64,000 bases of DNA from Leucoraja erinacea (taxonomy: Eukaryota), in the NCBI RefSeq assembly GCF_028641065.1, contig NC_073382.1:27032001-27096000 (forward strand), read 5' to 3'. Below, one piece after another: positions 45,627 to 57,145 of this stretch (within the stretch, counting starts at the first letter, position 1; the number at the start of each line of letters is the position of its first letter). The position numbers and the translations under genes were made by a program. The notes beneath the pieces are model-generated. The model saw only the letters and a list, made by a program, of their open reading frames with translations, did not search any database and was not told the origin of the DNA.

Positions 45627-47647
45627 TCTGGTGATCTTTCTATTTGCGCAAAAATGGTTTGCGATAGCGCTATGATTTTAAACCAGTTCACTCACCATTC
45701 TCCTGTGCTGCGATGCACCAAGTTTTGTTCCGACCGGTTGAATATTGGAAAAGTTAGCGGGTTTAAAACATCCTAAAAACCGCACGTGCGCAGATCGATC
45801 TCTGCTCCTGCCAGTCAGCGCCGCGCGGATTAGTCTCTTCCCCAGTCACTCCGCGGGACGGTCCACCCCTTCCTGCGCCATCGCATTGTTACTGGAGCTG
45901 AGGATAGCCGGCGGAGGTTTCCAACCGGACTTTCGGAGGAATCTGAAGCAGCCCAACCCAGCCCAGCCCCATGCAGCCCCACCCCTTTGCTGGCTCCTCC
46001 CCCTCCCCTGTGATGCACCCTCCCCCCCATGGCTCTTCCCCCATCTTTTCACCAAGTACACTTCCCCCCCCCACACACACCCTCTCCCCTAACACTTCCC
46101 CTCCCCCATGCTCACACACCCCCCCCCACCCACACAAACCATCCCACGCACAATCCCCCAAAGGCCCCTACAGACCACCCCCCCACTCCCCCCTGCCCTC
46201 NNNNNNNNNNNNNNNNNNNNNNNNNNNNNNNNNNNNNNNNNNNNNNNNNNNNNNNNNNNNNNNNNNNNNNNNNNNNNNNNNNNNNNNNNNNNNNNNNNNN
46301 NNNNNNNNNNNNNNNNNNNNNNNNNNNNNNNNNNNNNNNNNNNNNNNNNNNNNNNNNNACACACCTCCCTACACACATCCCCCCCACTCCCCCCCCCCCC
46401 CACTCACACACACCCACGCACTCACCCATACCCCCACACACACACACCCCCCCCCCCCACACACTCACACACACACCCACACACCCCCCACACTCCCGCG
46501 CCACCCACGGGTCCCACTTAGACCTCTCCCTCTCCCTCTCCCTCTCTCTCTCCCTCTCCCCCTCCCTCTCCCTCTCCCTCTCCCTCTCCTCTCCCGGTTT
46601 GCGTTGCTTTTAAATTGGCGCAAAAATGGTACGCGATAGCGCTACGATTTTTTGCCACCTTACTCACCATTCTCCTGTGCTGAAAGTGCACCACGTTTTG
46701 TTCCAATCGGTGGAATATTAGAAAATATTAGACACCCCTCCCACACACACACCCCCCTCCCTTCCCACATGCACCCCCCTTCCCCTTCCACACACACCCT
46801 CTCCCCCCCTTCCCCTCCCACCCACGCACTTCTTCCGCAACAACCCCCTCCCTCCAGAACCCCATTCCCCCCACAACGAGCCTCCCCCACACCCCCATCC
46901 CCCCACAGCAACCCCGCCCACACACACCCATACCCCTCAGCACCCACCCCACCACACAGTGGTTGGTCACGCCAGTGATAGCGGTAGGCCACTGCATTGA
47001 TAGGCCACGGCAGCAGTACACCACAGCAATGGCAGCGCTAGGCCTCACCAGCGGCAGTGGTAGGCCACGGCAGTGGTAGGGCATGGCAGGGGTAGGCCAC
47101 GGCAGCGCTCTTCCCCTACCAGCCCCGGACAGGCCCCGCCTGATGCCGTCCCCATCCCCCGGCTACAGAACGATCCCTCCGGCCCCCTCCTGAAGCCGTC
47201 CACATCCCCAACTGCAGGACACTCTCCACCCCATCCCACCGGCCCCCGCCTAAGCCATCCCCTTCCCCGGCTGCAGGATGCTCCCCACCGGTCCCCACCT
47301 GAAACCGGTGGGCTGTGGTAGCAGTAGGCCACAACAGCGACAGGCCATGGCCAAGGTAGCGGTAGGCCACGACAGGTATACGCCATGGCGCGGCAGGGAC
47401 TGGCAGGGGCAGGGGCATTCAACGGCAGCATTAGCCCACGGCAGTGGTAGGCCTCGGCAGGCCACTGCAGCGGTAGGCCATGGCAGCACACCCCCCTCCC
47501 CCACCGACACCCAACAGGATTCTCCTGAATCCAGTACACGATAGCACTACGATTTTTTGTCAGCTCACTCACCGTTCTCCTATGCTGCCAAGTTTTGTTC
47601 TGATCATTGGTATATTGTAAAATTTAGCGAGGTTCAAAGATCATAAT
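45627..47647. repeat. Modular repeat region: three copies of a ~110-bp module with C-rich low-complexity spacers and minisatellites; continues at 51572-52200
   Basis: Module gcgcaaaaatggt..gcgatagcgcta.gatttt...actcaccattctcctgtgctg...caagttttgttcc at ~45646, ~46618 and (partial) ~47535; (ctctcc)n 46523-46592; ggcag(t/c)ggtaggccac arrays 46979-47105 and 47315-47487. Confidence 0.75.
46201..46358. other. Assembly gap (158 N)
   Basis: Run of N. Confidence 1.
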
Positions 47648-47671
47648 ATAGGGTTAATTTGGGAGTAAGCT

Positions 47672-48626
47672 ATGTCAGTGGAGATTGGCCCCGTGGTTTG
47701 CTCAGCCTGCAACATGTGGGAGATCAGGGATATTGTCAGTGTCCCTGGTGACTACGTTTGCAGGAAGTGTGTCCAGCTGCATCTCCTGGCAGACCGCATT
47801 GAATGATTGGAGCTGCGGCTGGATTCATACTGGAGCATCCACGATGCTAAGAAAGTCGTGAATAGCACGTACAGCGAGTTGGTCACACCGCAGGTAAAAG
47901 GTAAGAGGACAGAAAGGGAACGGGTGTCCAATAGCCAGCAAATCAGTAGGCAGGTAGTGCAGGAGTCTCCTGTGGTCATCTCCCTCCTAAACAGGTATAC
48001 CATTTTGGATACTGTTAGGAGAGATTGCTCATCAGGGGAAGGCAGCAGCAGCCAAGTTCATGGCACCATGGGTGGTTCTGCGGCACATGAGGGGGGGGGG
48101 GGGGGGGGGGAAGAAGAGTGGAAGGGCAATAGTAATAGGGGATTCAATTGTAAGGGGAATAGATGGGCATTTCTGCGGCCGCAAACGAGACTCCAGGATG
48201 GTATGTAGCCTCCCTGGTGCAAGGGTCAGGGATGTCACTGAACGGCTGCAGATCATTCTGGAGGGGGAGGGTGAACAGCCAGTTGTCATGGTGCATATTG
48301 GCACCAACGATATAGGTAAAAAAAGGGATGAGGTCCTAAAAGATGAATTTAGGGAGCTAGGACATAAATTTAAAAGTAGAACCTCAAAGGTAATAATCTC
48401 CGGTTTACTACCAGTACCACGGGCCAGTCAGAGTAGAAATAGGAGGATATTGCTGATGAATACGTGGCTTGAAAAATGGTGCAAGGGGATTCAAATTTTT
48501 AGGGCATTGGAACCAGTTCTGGGGGAGGTGGGACCAGTACAAACAGGACGGTCTGCACCTGGGCTGGAATGGAACCAATGTCCTTGAGGGAGTGTTTGTA
48601 GTGCTGTTGGGGAGAATATAAACTAA
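47672..48626 (+). pseudogene. CR1 ORF1: zinc finger, coiled coil and SGNH esterase-like domain
   Basis: MSVEIGPVVCSACNMWEIR...DYVCRKCVQLHLLADRIE*LELRL; IVIGDSIVRGID, CSLPGARVRDV, VMVHIGTNDIG; premature TGA at 47804 and frameshifts. Confidence 0.88.
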
Positions 48627-48799
48627 TGAGGCAGGGGGATGGGTACAAGAGCAGAGAGGCAGGGGGGTGTAAAATGAGGATAGAAGCAACAGGTAGCAAG
48701 GTGAAAAGTAAAAGTGGCAGGCAGACAAAACCAGGGCAAAAATCAAAAAGGGCCACTTTTCAACATAATTGTATAAGGGGTAAGAATGTTGTAAAGACA

Positions 48800-51481
48800 A
48801 GCTTGAAGGCTTTGTGTCTCAATGCAAGGAGCATTCGTAATAAGGTGGATGAGTTGAATGTGCGGGGTAGCGTTGCTGGTTAGAGAGGAGATTAACGCAA
48901 TAGAAAGGAAGGACATTAGCTTGGAGGATGTGGAATCGATATGGGTAGAGCTGCAAAACACTAAGGGGCAGAAACCGCTAGTGGGAGTTGTGTACCGGTC
49001 AACTAACAGTAGTAGTGGAGTTGGGCATGGCATCAAACAGGAAATTAGAAACGCGTGCAACAAAGGTAAAACCATTATAATGGGTGACTTCAATCTACAT
49101 ATAGATTGGGTGAATAAAATTGGCAGGGGTGCTGAGGAAGAGGATTTCTTGGAATGTATGCGGGATACTTTTCTAAACCAACATGTAGAAGAACCAACAA
49201 GAGAGCAGGCTATTCTAGACTGGGCATTGAGTAATGAGGAAGGGTTAGTTAGCAGTCTTGTTGCGCGTGGCCCCTTGGGCAAGAGTGACCATAGTATGGT
49301 TGAGTTCTTCATTAGGATGGAGAGTGACATTGTTAATTCAGAAACAAGGGTCCTGAACTTAAAGAAAGGTGACTTTGAGGGTATGAGACGTGAATTGGCC
49401 AAGATAGACTGGCCAATGATTCTTAAAGGGTTGACGGTGGATATGCAATGGAAGGCATTTAAAAACTGCATGGATGAACTACAACAAGTGTTCATCCCAG
49501 TTTGGCAAAAGAATAAATCAGGGAAGGTAGTGCAACCGTGGATAACAAGGGAAATCAGGGATAGTATCAAAACAAAAGAGGAAGCCTACAAATTAGCCAG
49601 AACATGCAGCCTACCAGAGGACTGGGAGAAATTCAGAGTCCAGCAGAGGAGGACAAAAGGCTTAATTAGGAAAGGGAAAATAGATTATGAAAGAAAACTG
49701 GCAGGGAATATAAAAACTGACTGCAAAAGTTTTTATAGATTTGTCAAGAGGAAAAGATTAGTTAAAACAAATGTAGGTCCCTTGCAGTCAGAATCAGGCG
49801 AATTGATCATGGAGAACAAGGACATGGCAGACCAATTGAATAATTCCTTTCGTTCTGTCTTCACTAAGGAAGACATAAATAATCTGCTGGAAATAGCAAG
49901 GGACCGGGGGTTAAATGAGATGAAGGAACTGAGTGAAATCCAGGTTAGCCGGGAAGTGGTGTTAGGTAAATTGAATGGATTAAAGGCCGATAAATCCCCA
50001 AGGCCGGATAAGTTGCATCCCAGAGTACTTAAGGAAGTAGCCGCAGAAATAGTGGATGCATTAGTGATAATTTTTCAAAACTCTTTAGATTCTGGAGTAG
50101 TTCCTAGGACTGGAGGGTAGCTAATGTAACCCCACTTTTTAAAAATGGAGGGAGAGAGAAAACGGGGAATTATTGGCCAGTTAGTCTAACATCGGTGGTG
50201 GGGAAAATTCTAGAGTCAGTTAATAAAGATGGGATAGCAGCACATTTGGAAAGTGGTGAGTTCATTGGACAAAGTCAGCATAGATTTATGAAAGGTAAAT
50301 CATGTCTGACGAATCTTATAGAATTTTTCGAGGATGTAACTAGTAGAGTGGATAAGGGAAAACCAGTGGATGTGTTATATCTGGACTTTCAGAAGGCTTT
50401 CGACAAGGTCCCACATAAGAGATTAGCATACAAACTTTAGCACATGGTATTGGGGGTTCAGTATTGATGTGGATAGAGAACTGGCTGGTAGACAGGAAAA
50501 AAGAGTAGGAGTAAACGGGTCCTTTTCAGAATGGCAGGCAGTGACTAGTGAGGTACCGCATGGCTCAGTGCTGGGACCCCAGCTATTTACAATATATATT
50601 AATGATCTGGATGAGGGAATTGAATGCAACATCTCCAAGTTTGCGGATGACATGAAGCTGGGGGGCAGTGTTAGCTGTGAGGAGGATGCTAGGAGGCTGC
50701 AAGGTGACTTGGATAGGTTGGGTGAGTGGGAAAAGGCATGGCAGATGCAGTATAATGTGGATAAATGTGAGGTTATCCACTTTGGTGGCAAAATCAGGAA
50801 AGTAGACATTTATCTGAATGGTGGCCGATTAGGAAAAGGGGAGATGCAACAAGACCTGGGTGTCATTGTACACCAGTCATTGAAAGTAGGAATGCAGGTG
50901 CAGCAGGCAGTGAAGAAAGCGAATGGTATGTTAGCATTCACAGCAAAAGGATTTGAGTATAAGAGCGGGGAGGTTCTACTGCAGTTGTACAGGGTCTTGG
51001 TGAGACCACACCTGGAGTATTGCGTACAGTTTTGGTCTCCTAATCTGAGGAAAGACATTCTTGCCATAGAGGGAGTGCAGAGAAGGTTCACCAGACTGAT
51101 TCCTGGGATGGCAGGACTTTCATATAAGGAAAGATTGGATAGACTCGGTTTGTACACATTGGAATTCAGAAGGCTGAGGGGGAATCTTATAGAAACTTAC
51201 AAAATTCTTAAGGGGTTGGACAGGATAGATGCAGGAAGATTATTCCCGATGTTGGGGAAGTCCAGAACTAGTGGTCACAGTTTAAGGATGAGAGGGTTGA
51301 CTTTTAGGACCGAGATGAGGAAATAATTTTTTACACAGAGAGTGGTGAATCTGTGGAATTCTCTGCCACAGAAGGTAGTTGAGTCCAGTTCATTGGCTAT
51401 ATTTAAGAGGGAGTTAGATGTGGCCCTTGTGGCTAAAGGGATCAGGAGGTATGGAGAGAAGGCAAAGGGTTGGGATACTGA
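48800..51481 (+). pseudogene. CR1 ORF2: APE endonuclease plus reverse transcriptase (disrupted)
   Basis: LCLNARSIRNK, IMGDFN, LGKSDH (EN); YLDFQKAFDKVPH, GSVLGPQLF, SKFADD (RT) in ORFs 48858-50120, 50195-50440, 50469-51326. Confidence 0.95.
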
Positions 51482-52544
51482 ATTGGATGATCAGCCATGA
51501 TCACATCAAATGGCGGTGGAGGCTTGAAGGGCCGAATGGCCTACTCCTGCACCTATTTTCTATGTTTCTATAAAAACTGCGCATGCGCAGATAGATCTCC
51601 TCTCCTGCCAGTCAGTGCCGTGCAGATTGGTCACTTCTTCTGTCACTCCCTGGGACGATCCGCCCCTTCCTGTGCCATCGCGTCTTTACTGGAGCTGAGG
51701 AAGGCTGGCGGAGATCTCCAATTTTCGGATGGACCAGAAGCATCCCGGCGCGGCGTCGGAGAGGTCGCCAAACGCAAAGCGGAGAGTCTCATCACGGCAG
51801 AGTAGAGCATCCAGTGCCTGCTTTGAGTCCCAAATGCACCACCATTGTAACGCCCCGCAGCTCCAGCCTCTTCCCCTCTGGTCCCCCTCGCTAGCTCCTG
51901 CCCCCCTCCCACATACCTCTTCTCTCCCCATGGATATTCCCCCATCTTTTCTCCGAGCTCCCCACCCCAACCCGCCCACACGCAAGTGGGGCCATAGCTG
52001 CTGGTGCATCCAGGCCGATCCGAGGATCCGAGTCCTGGCTCCAAGGTTGCCAACGACTGATGCTGCTCCAGGGCTCGCAAAAAGGGAGAGCAGAGGCAAC
52101 CTCGAGATCCTTGGGAGGTGAGGAGGGAGTGTGGAGGAGGGGAGGGGATAGAGGGATAGGAGGGGGAGTATGGAAGGGTGAGGAGTTATGGAGGGACACT
52201 CTGTGACTCCTCTAGACTGTCAATAGATTATTTTCGTGTTTTTTCTTTTTCTAAGTCTGCATAATACTTGAGTCTTCAAGGCACAACTGAAGTCTTTATT
52301 ACATTACTCAATGCTGGCAGCAAGACAACTCAAAATGGCTGCACACTCACACTGTCTACAGACAGGAAAAACTATATACAAAACATCTCCCTTTGTCCTG
52401 TGCAGCGCCACCTGCTGCACGGGAGGAGAAACGGGTACTCCCACCGCACACAGTCCACCAAACATCACAATTATCCACATCAGTAATTAGCTATCTCACC
52501 CACAAAGAAACATAAAATAGGAACAGAACCAATCTTGTGCCGGA

Positions 52545-52685
52545 GACACAAGAGATTGCAGATGCTGGAATCTTGAGCAAAAAAAAAAACAATCTGATGG
52601 AGGAACTCGGCGCATCAGGCAGCATCTGTGGAGAGAAATAGACTGACACATTTTGGTCATGACTGTTCTACAGACCCTTCTTCAG
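52545..52685 (-). mobile_element. Penelope 3' repeat fragment
   Basis: gacacaagagattgcagatgctggaatcttgagc...ggcagcatctgtggagagaaatagactgacac...gacccttcttcag. Confidence 0.7.
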
Positions 52686-54369
52686 CAAACTTTCCAGTTT
52701 GCTGTTGAGGTGGACGAAGGAAGATTTTCGTTAGTGGTTCTGATTGGATGGAAGGTTGCTCATGCATTTCGTCTTTTAGTATTTGCATTAAGCAAAATAT
52801 TGGCGTTTTTGGGGAAAGAGCTTTATGTGACCTTAAAGTTAGAAATAGCATGTTTACTGGAGAAGAAACAGAGAAGAAACTTTTACTTTATTGCCTGTTC
52901 TTTTATATGTATCAGATTGTCAAATAAAAAATTGTTTGTTACTTAATATATTATTCAGTTGAATATTTTTTTCACATTTTAGTTATGCGCTTCAGTGCCT
53001 TCCAAACAAAACTGCAGAATCTAATACATCTGCTGAGCACAAATATTTTGAAAGAAGCATGATTTATTTGGCTTGTTGAGAAATGTGTCAAAATTTGGCC
53101 CATTTCGATTCTTGTGATTTAAACATGAACAGACCTTTTACTAGAAAAAAGAACATACTTTTTTCAAATTTAAAAACAAATAAAAAATTAACCTGATTAA
53201 TACTTCCTGTGAATCATTGTTTCATGTTCAGCTGCAGATGACTGTGAAACATTTTACTCGATACAATAGACAATCCCAAGCTATATGTGTCCAGTTGTTG
53301 GTTGCATACGATTACACCATCAAGGACTTCGGAACCTGTGTTCAAAATTCAATTTCACATAAAACTTTTTTTTTTCTAAATATCAGGCGAACAGAAGTGG
53401 GACTAAGATTTAGAAAGGTTTGGTATAGGGCATTTTTAACATGCAGTTAGATTAATGTGTTGTCATCTAGAAATTCATTCATGGTCTACAGCAGAATAGA
53501 TACTTTACAATAGCAAAAACATGTTTACCATGCCTCCATAATTCAGTGTCAAGGAAGTCCTCTAGACTGAATACCAGTGGTGGAGTAGAATGTCCAGACC
53601 ACATTGAATAGCATATTTATCAGTACAATTGGAGAATTATTTGTCGCATAAAATTAATTCAATAAGTGATGGTATAAGGGATGGGTTAATTCAATAAGGG
53701 GTGGGTTCATGGTGGTCTTTATTCCATCTCTTGATATGCTTCTGTTAAGTTCCATAACGGGCTCTTAGAAGACCTCGTACACACATCCTAGTTTTAATAT
53801 AATTAGGATCGAGATTAAGAATACCTTGTAATTCAACTTCTTCAATGAACTAAACTCAAAAACATTTTTGTATTACTGTATAAGCAGCAGTATCATAGAA
53901 TTAATACTAATTGGTTAGAAGATGAATGTACAGTATAATTAAAAGTTCTGTTTCTTTTAACCGGCTTATAATGCATTCTTTCACAGTAGGCACAAGCTTT
54001 CTCTATAAACCTGCTTACTGAGCAAAGAGAAAATAGTTTGAAACCCTAGCTATGCACATTTTAACGACAGTTTTTGGTGTTTTTTTCTCCCCACATGAGG
54101 CTTAACATACTCAGAGGACTCTCTTTGTGAAGTAATTGTAGCTGGTACAAGGTAAAGATTTAAATTTTGCATGAAGGTGAATGTCAAATTTATAAATAAA
54201 TAAAAACAGGATAAAGCTTCCCAAGTTTCCCTTATTCAAAAGTAGTCATATCTGCTCTAAAGAAATGGCTCAATGAAGTGTAAGAGGAGCAGATTAAAAT
54301 AGTTAGACAGCAGCATAGATGAAATGTAGAAAGAATGAACAATCAATTGATGATTAATAAAATTAGTGT

Positions 54370-54850
54370 CATACATCACAGAAACAGGACATTTGGCTCA
54401 TTGAGTTTGCATCGTCCAACAAGCACCCACCTACATTAATCCTACTTTATTTTTCCATAAAATACCACCAATTATTCCATACTTCACCATTCGCATACAT
54501 TCCCTTTTCCCTTCTCGCTGCTACCATTGAGAAGAAGGTACAGGGGCCTAAGAACTGTTACCTCCAGATGTAAGAACTGCTTTTCCCATCAAGAACAACT
54601 TCTTCCTGTAACGCTGCAGCAGATAAGAATTTCATTGTTCTGGTCCTGGTACATATGACAATTAAACACTCTTATCTCTTGATTAGGGGTAGTTTACAGT
54701 GGCTGAATAACCGATCAACCCTCATTTCTTGGGTTCCAGAGGAAGCCCACACGGTCACAGAGAGAACGTGCAAGCTCCTTGCAGACAGCACCAGGAGTTA
54801 GGATTTCATCAGTGGAGCTGTGAGGCAGTAGCTTTATGAGCTACACCATT
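54370..54850 (-). mobile_element. Degenerate V-SINE with a sense Rex1 3' fragment (~54500-54683) inserted
   Basis: cacacggtcacagagagaacgtgcaagctcc...ctgtgaggcagtagct (SINE antisense); ctgctaccattgagaagaaggtacagggg...acatatgacaattaaacactctt (Rex1). Confidence 0.6.
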
Positions 54851-55974
54851 CGACTGCTCATGGGCCAAGCAGTTTGTTTGCACCATATTGCTGTTAAATT
54901 CATGTTACAGAATAAGCATGATTGATCTATACTGAACGATAGAAGATGAGAGGTTCATTTTGTTGCTAGGAAGACTGGAGTCAGTGCGGTAATGTGTACT
55001 ATAGGACTGTCAAAGGAATGGAAAAGAAATCTGCCCAACGTTATCTATTTTATTCTGCATTTCACATCTGTCAATTTTTAAAACACGTTTCACAAGAAAA
55101 TCAGCCAATATTGGGAGAATTGCCAATTCTTCTGAATTACCTTAGAATCTCCAAGAATGCATGGCTAATCTATTGAAAATCAAAAATGAAGATACACATA
55201 ATATGTAATACAAACTGCAAGTATTGGAAACACTCAGCACGTCAGACAGCATATGTAACATAGAAAAAGAGTTAAAATTTCATATTTAAGGCCCTTTTTA
55301 AATTCTGTTTCTTTGTCCACAGATGCTACTGACATGATCATCTCTTGGACACTGATTTAAAGTAAAATGACATTCTGCCCAAAACGTTTTTTTATTTTAC
55401 TTATTTGTAATTGTTTCTTTTCTTCATGTTATTGGTACGTTTCTCGTTACAAGTAACTAAAAACATTAGAAATGGAGAAATATATTTAATTGATGAGTGT
55501 TGGAAAATATTTCAGAAAGCATCCCATCAGAATCGTAACCTGCATTGTGCCTCAAGATTACAATTGATTGTTGGCCAAGGTAGGGGATCCTTGTGAATTT
55601 AGAGAAAGGAACAAATGCTGAATAGAAATATTTAAATATGTTACAATTTTGAAAAGGCTTGAAACTAGATATTCATATTTCAGATATTCAAGCTAACAAT
55701 AATGACACAATGGCCAAGCAATCTATTATTACTGTTGACAGAAAATTTGCTTCGACATTCTAGGTTTGAAATTCATCCTTTGTAGCTCATGTAGAACTGG
55801 TTCTGCAGTTACTCGGCTTCCAAAATGTAATTCCACTAAATACAGTGACAACAAATTGCACTTGCAGGATGCATGCTAATTTTTATCAGCTCTCAAAACT
55901 CATTGGGTTTGATCTTATTTAATATTTAAATTGTGAGATTAAAGCAAAATGAGGCTTCAAGTTATACATTATTC

Positions 55975-56150
55975 AGGTTGTGCTTCGGTAGTCTTCAGCC
56001 CAATGATATGAACATTGATTCAGGTAACCCTTATCTTTGATATTTTGTCCCTCTTTCTCGTGTTCTCTCGTTCTCTCTCGCTCTCCATCTTCCCCCTTAT
56101 AAACCACTTCTATCCCTTCCATTTTTGTTCCCTTCCATCCCACTGCAAGC
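55975..56150 (+). repeat. Penelope GIY-YIG tail plus pyrimidine-rich UTR fragment
   Basis: ttcggtagtcttcagcccaatgatatgaacattgattcagg (FGSLQPNDMNID). Confidence 0.55.
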
Positions 56151-56159
56151 CCCTCCCAT

Positions 56160-56412
56160 GACGGCTGGAAACCTTGTAGCAGCCTGGGGCTCGCCTGGAT
56201 CGGGCGCTGCTCCAAAAGACTGAACACGCGGACAATACTGATCACTGGTAATGGCGCCAAACCCTGGCGATTCTTGCATGCACTATTTCTATGTACTTTG
56301 TACTAATCTGGGATTGTGCTTAGGTATGGCAATACTTTACTGAACTGTATGCAAAAATAGAATTTCACTGTATGTCTGTACATGTGATAATAAAGAACTA
56401 TTGAATTACTGA
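56160..56412 (+). repeat. Short retroposon fragment with Rex1-type tail
   Basis: aatggcgccaaa...ctgtatgcaaaaatagaatttcactgtatgtctgtacatgtgataataaa; related piece at 57310-57490. Confidence 0.5.
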
Positions 56413-56966
56413 ACAATTAATCCCTCTCTCACTTCTGGTTCCATCTATCCACTAGCCACATAATTTGCCACCAAATCCACCCACCTCTGCACACATCTGA
56501 TTCCATCTGAGCTTCACCTCTCCCCTAATGGTTCCCATTTATACTTTCCTTACATATCATCATACACATTGATGCTCTTCATGTTCAAGCTTCTCACTCT
56601 CCTAGCTCCACCTTCATCCTTTCCTCCCCCACCTAGCTCAATGTTTGGCTTCTTCTATCTTCCAACTCGACACTCACAAGCCTGTCATCCTTCACCCCTC
56701 CACAGTCCATCCATCACCTACTGACATTTGTTTCATCCCTTCACCTCTCCTCATTATACCATTTATCTTCCCTCTCCATTCTCTTTATGACATCACTTTC
56801 AATTACATGATGCTTTTCTCTATCAGAATGTTTGCAAGCATTTTACTACCAATAAGTAGATTTGACTTGTCACTTCTATAATGTAGAAGATGCAATGACC
56901 AATATATACACAGTAGGTTCCCAGAAACTGCAAAGAGATGATGTTAAGTGGAAAGTACTGAAAACT

Positions 56967-57145
56967 CTCAGCAGGTCAGGCAGCATCTGTGGGAAGAAAA
57001 ACAATTAATATTCCAGGTCCAGGACTCTTCATCAGGAGAGTCCGGTGTAGGATCTAATAAGGGGAGACAGGCCTGAAATATTTTTTTAAATCCTTTACAG
57101 ATGTGGCCTGACCTGCTATATTTTTTGTTTTCCGCATCGGCATTA
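56967..57145. repeat. Penelope-derived inverted pair
   Basis: cagcaggtcaggcagcatctgtggg...ggactcttcatcagg (antisense) then tttacagatgtggcctgacctgct (sense). Confidence 0.6.

Larger units (their letters stand above)
47648..51571 (+). mobile_element. Near full-length CR1 LINE
   Basis: ORF1 plus ORF2 plus ttctatgtttcta tail; interrupts the third module (aagatcataa|...|aaactgcgcatgcgcag vs intact aacatcctaaaaaccgcacgtgcgcag near 45770), short ATAA duplication. Confidence 0.95.

Noticed and set aside
46979-47487. Short repeats superficially like a CRISPR array
   Set aside because: Degenerate tandem ~16-bp units without unique constant-length spacers, no cas genes, vertebrate context.
45971-47572. 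Pro/His/Gly-rich ORFs
   Set aside because: Translations of low-complexity C-rich tracts and N gaps.
48743-49570. Long antisense ORFs over CR1 ORF2 (also 50423-51157, 59802-60662, 61319-61837)
   Set aside because: Shadow frames of the RT/EN coding strand; endpoints differ between the two copies.
43551-52213. Pairing TAGAGTTGTAAAA (43551) with tgtgactcctcta (~52202-52213) as TIRs of one 8.7-kb element
   Set aside because: Match is weak and the flanking 8-mers (acaagtta vs gactgtca) are not a duplication.
53217-53450. 77-aa ORF with coding-like look
   Set aside because: No convincing pair of splice sites or recognisable protein on either strand.
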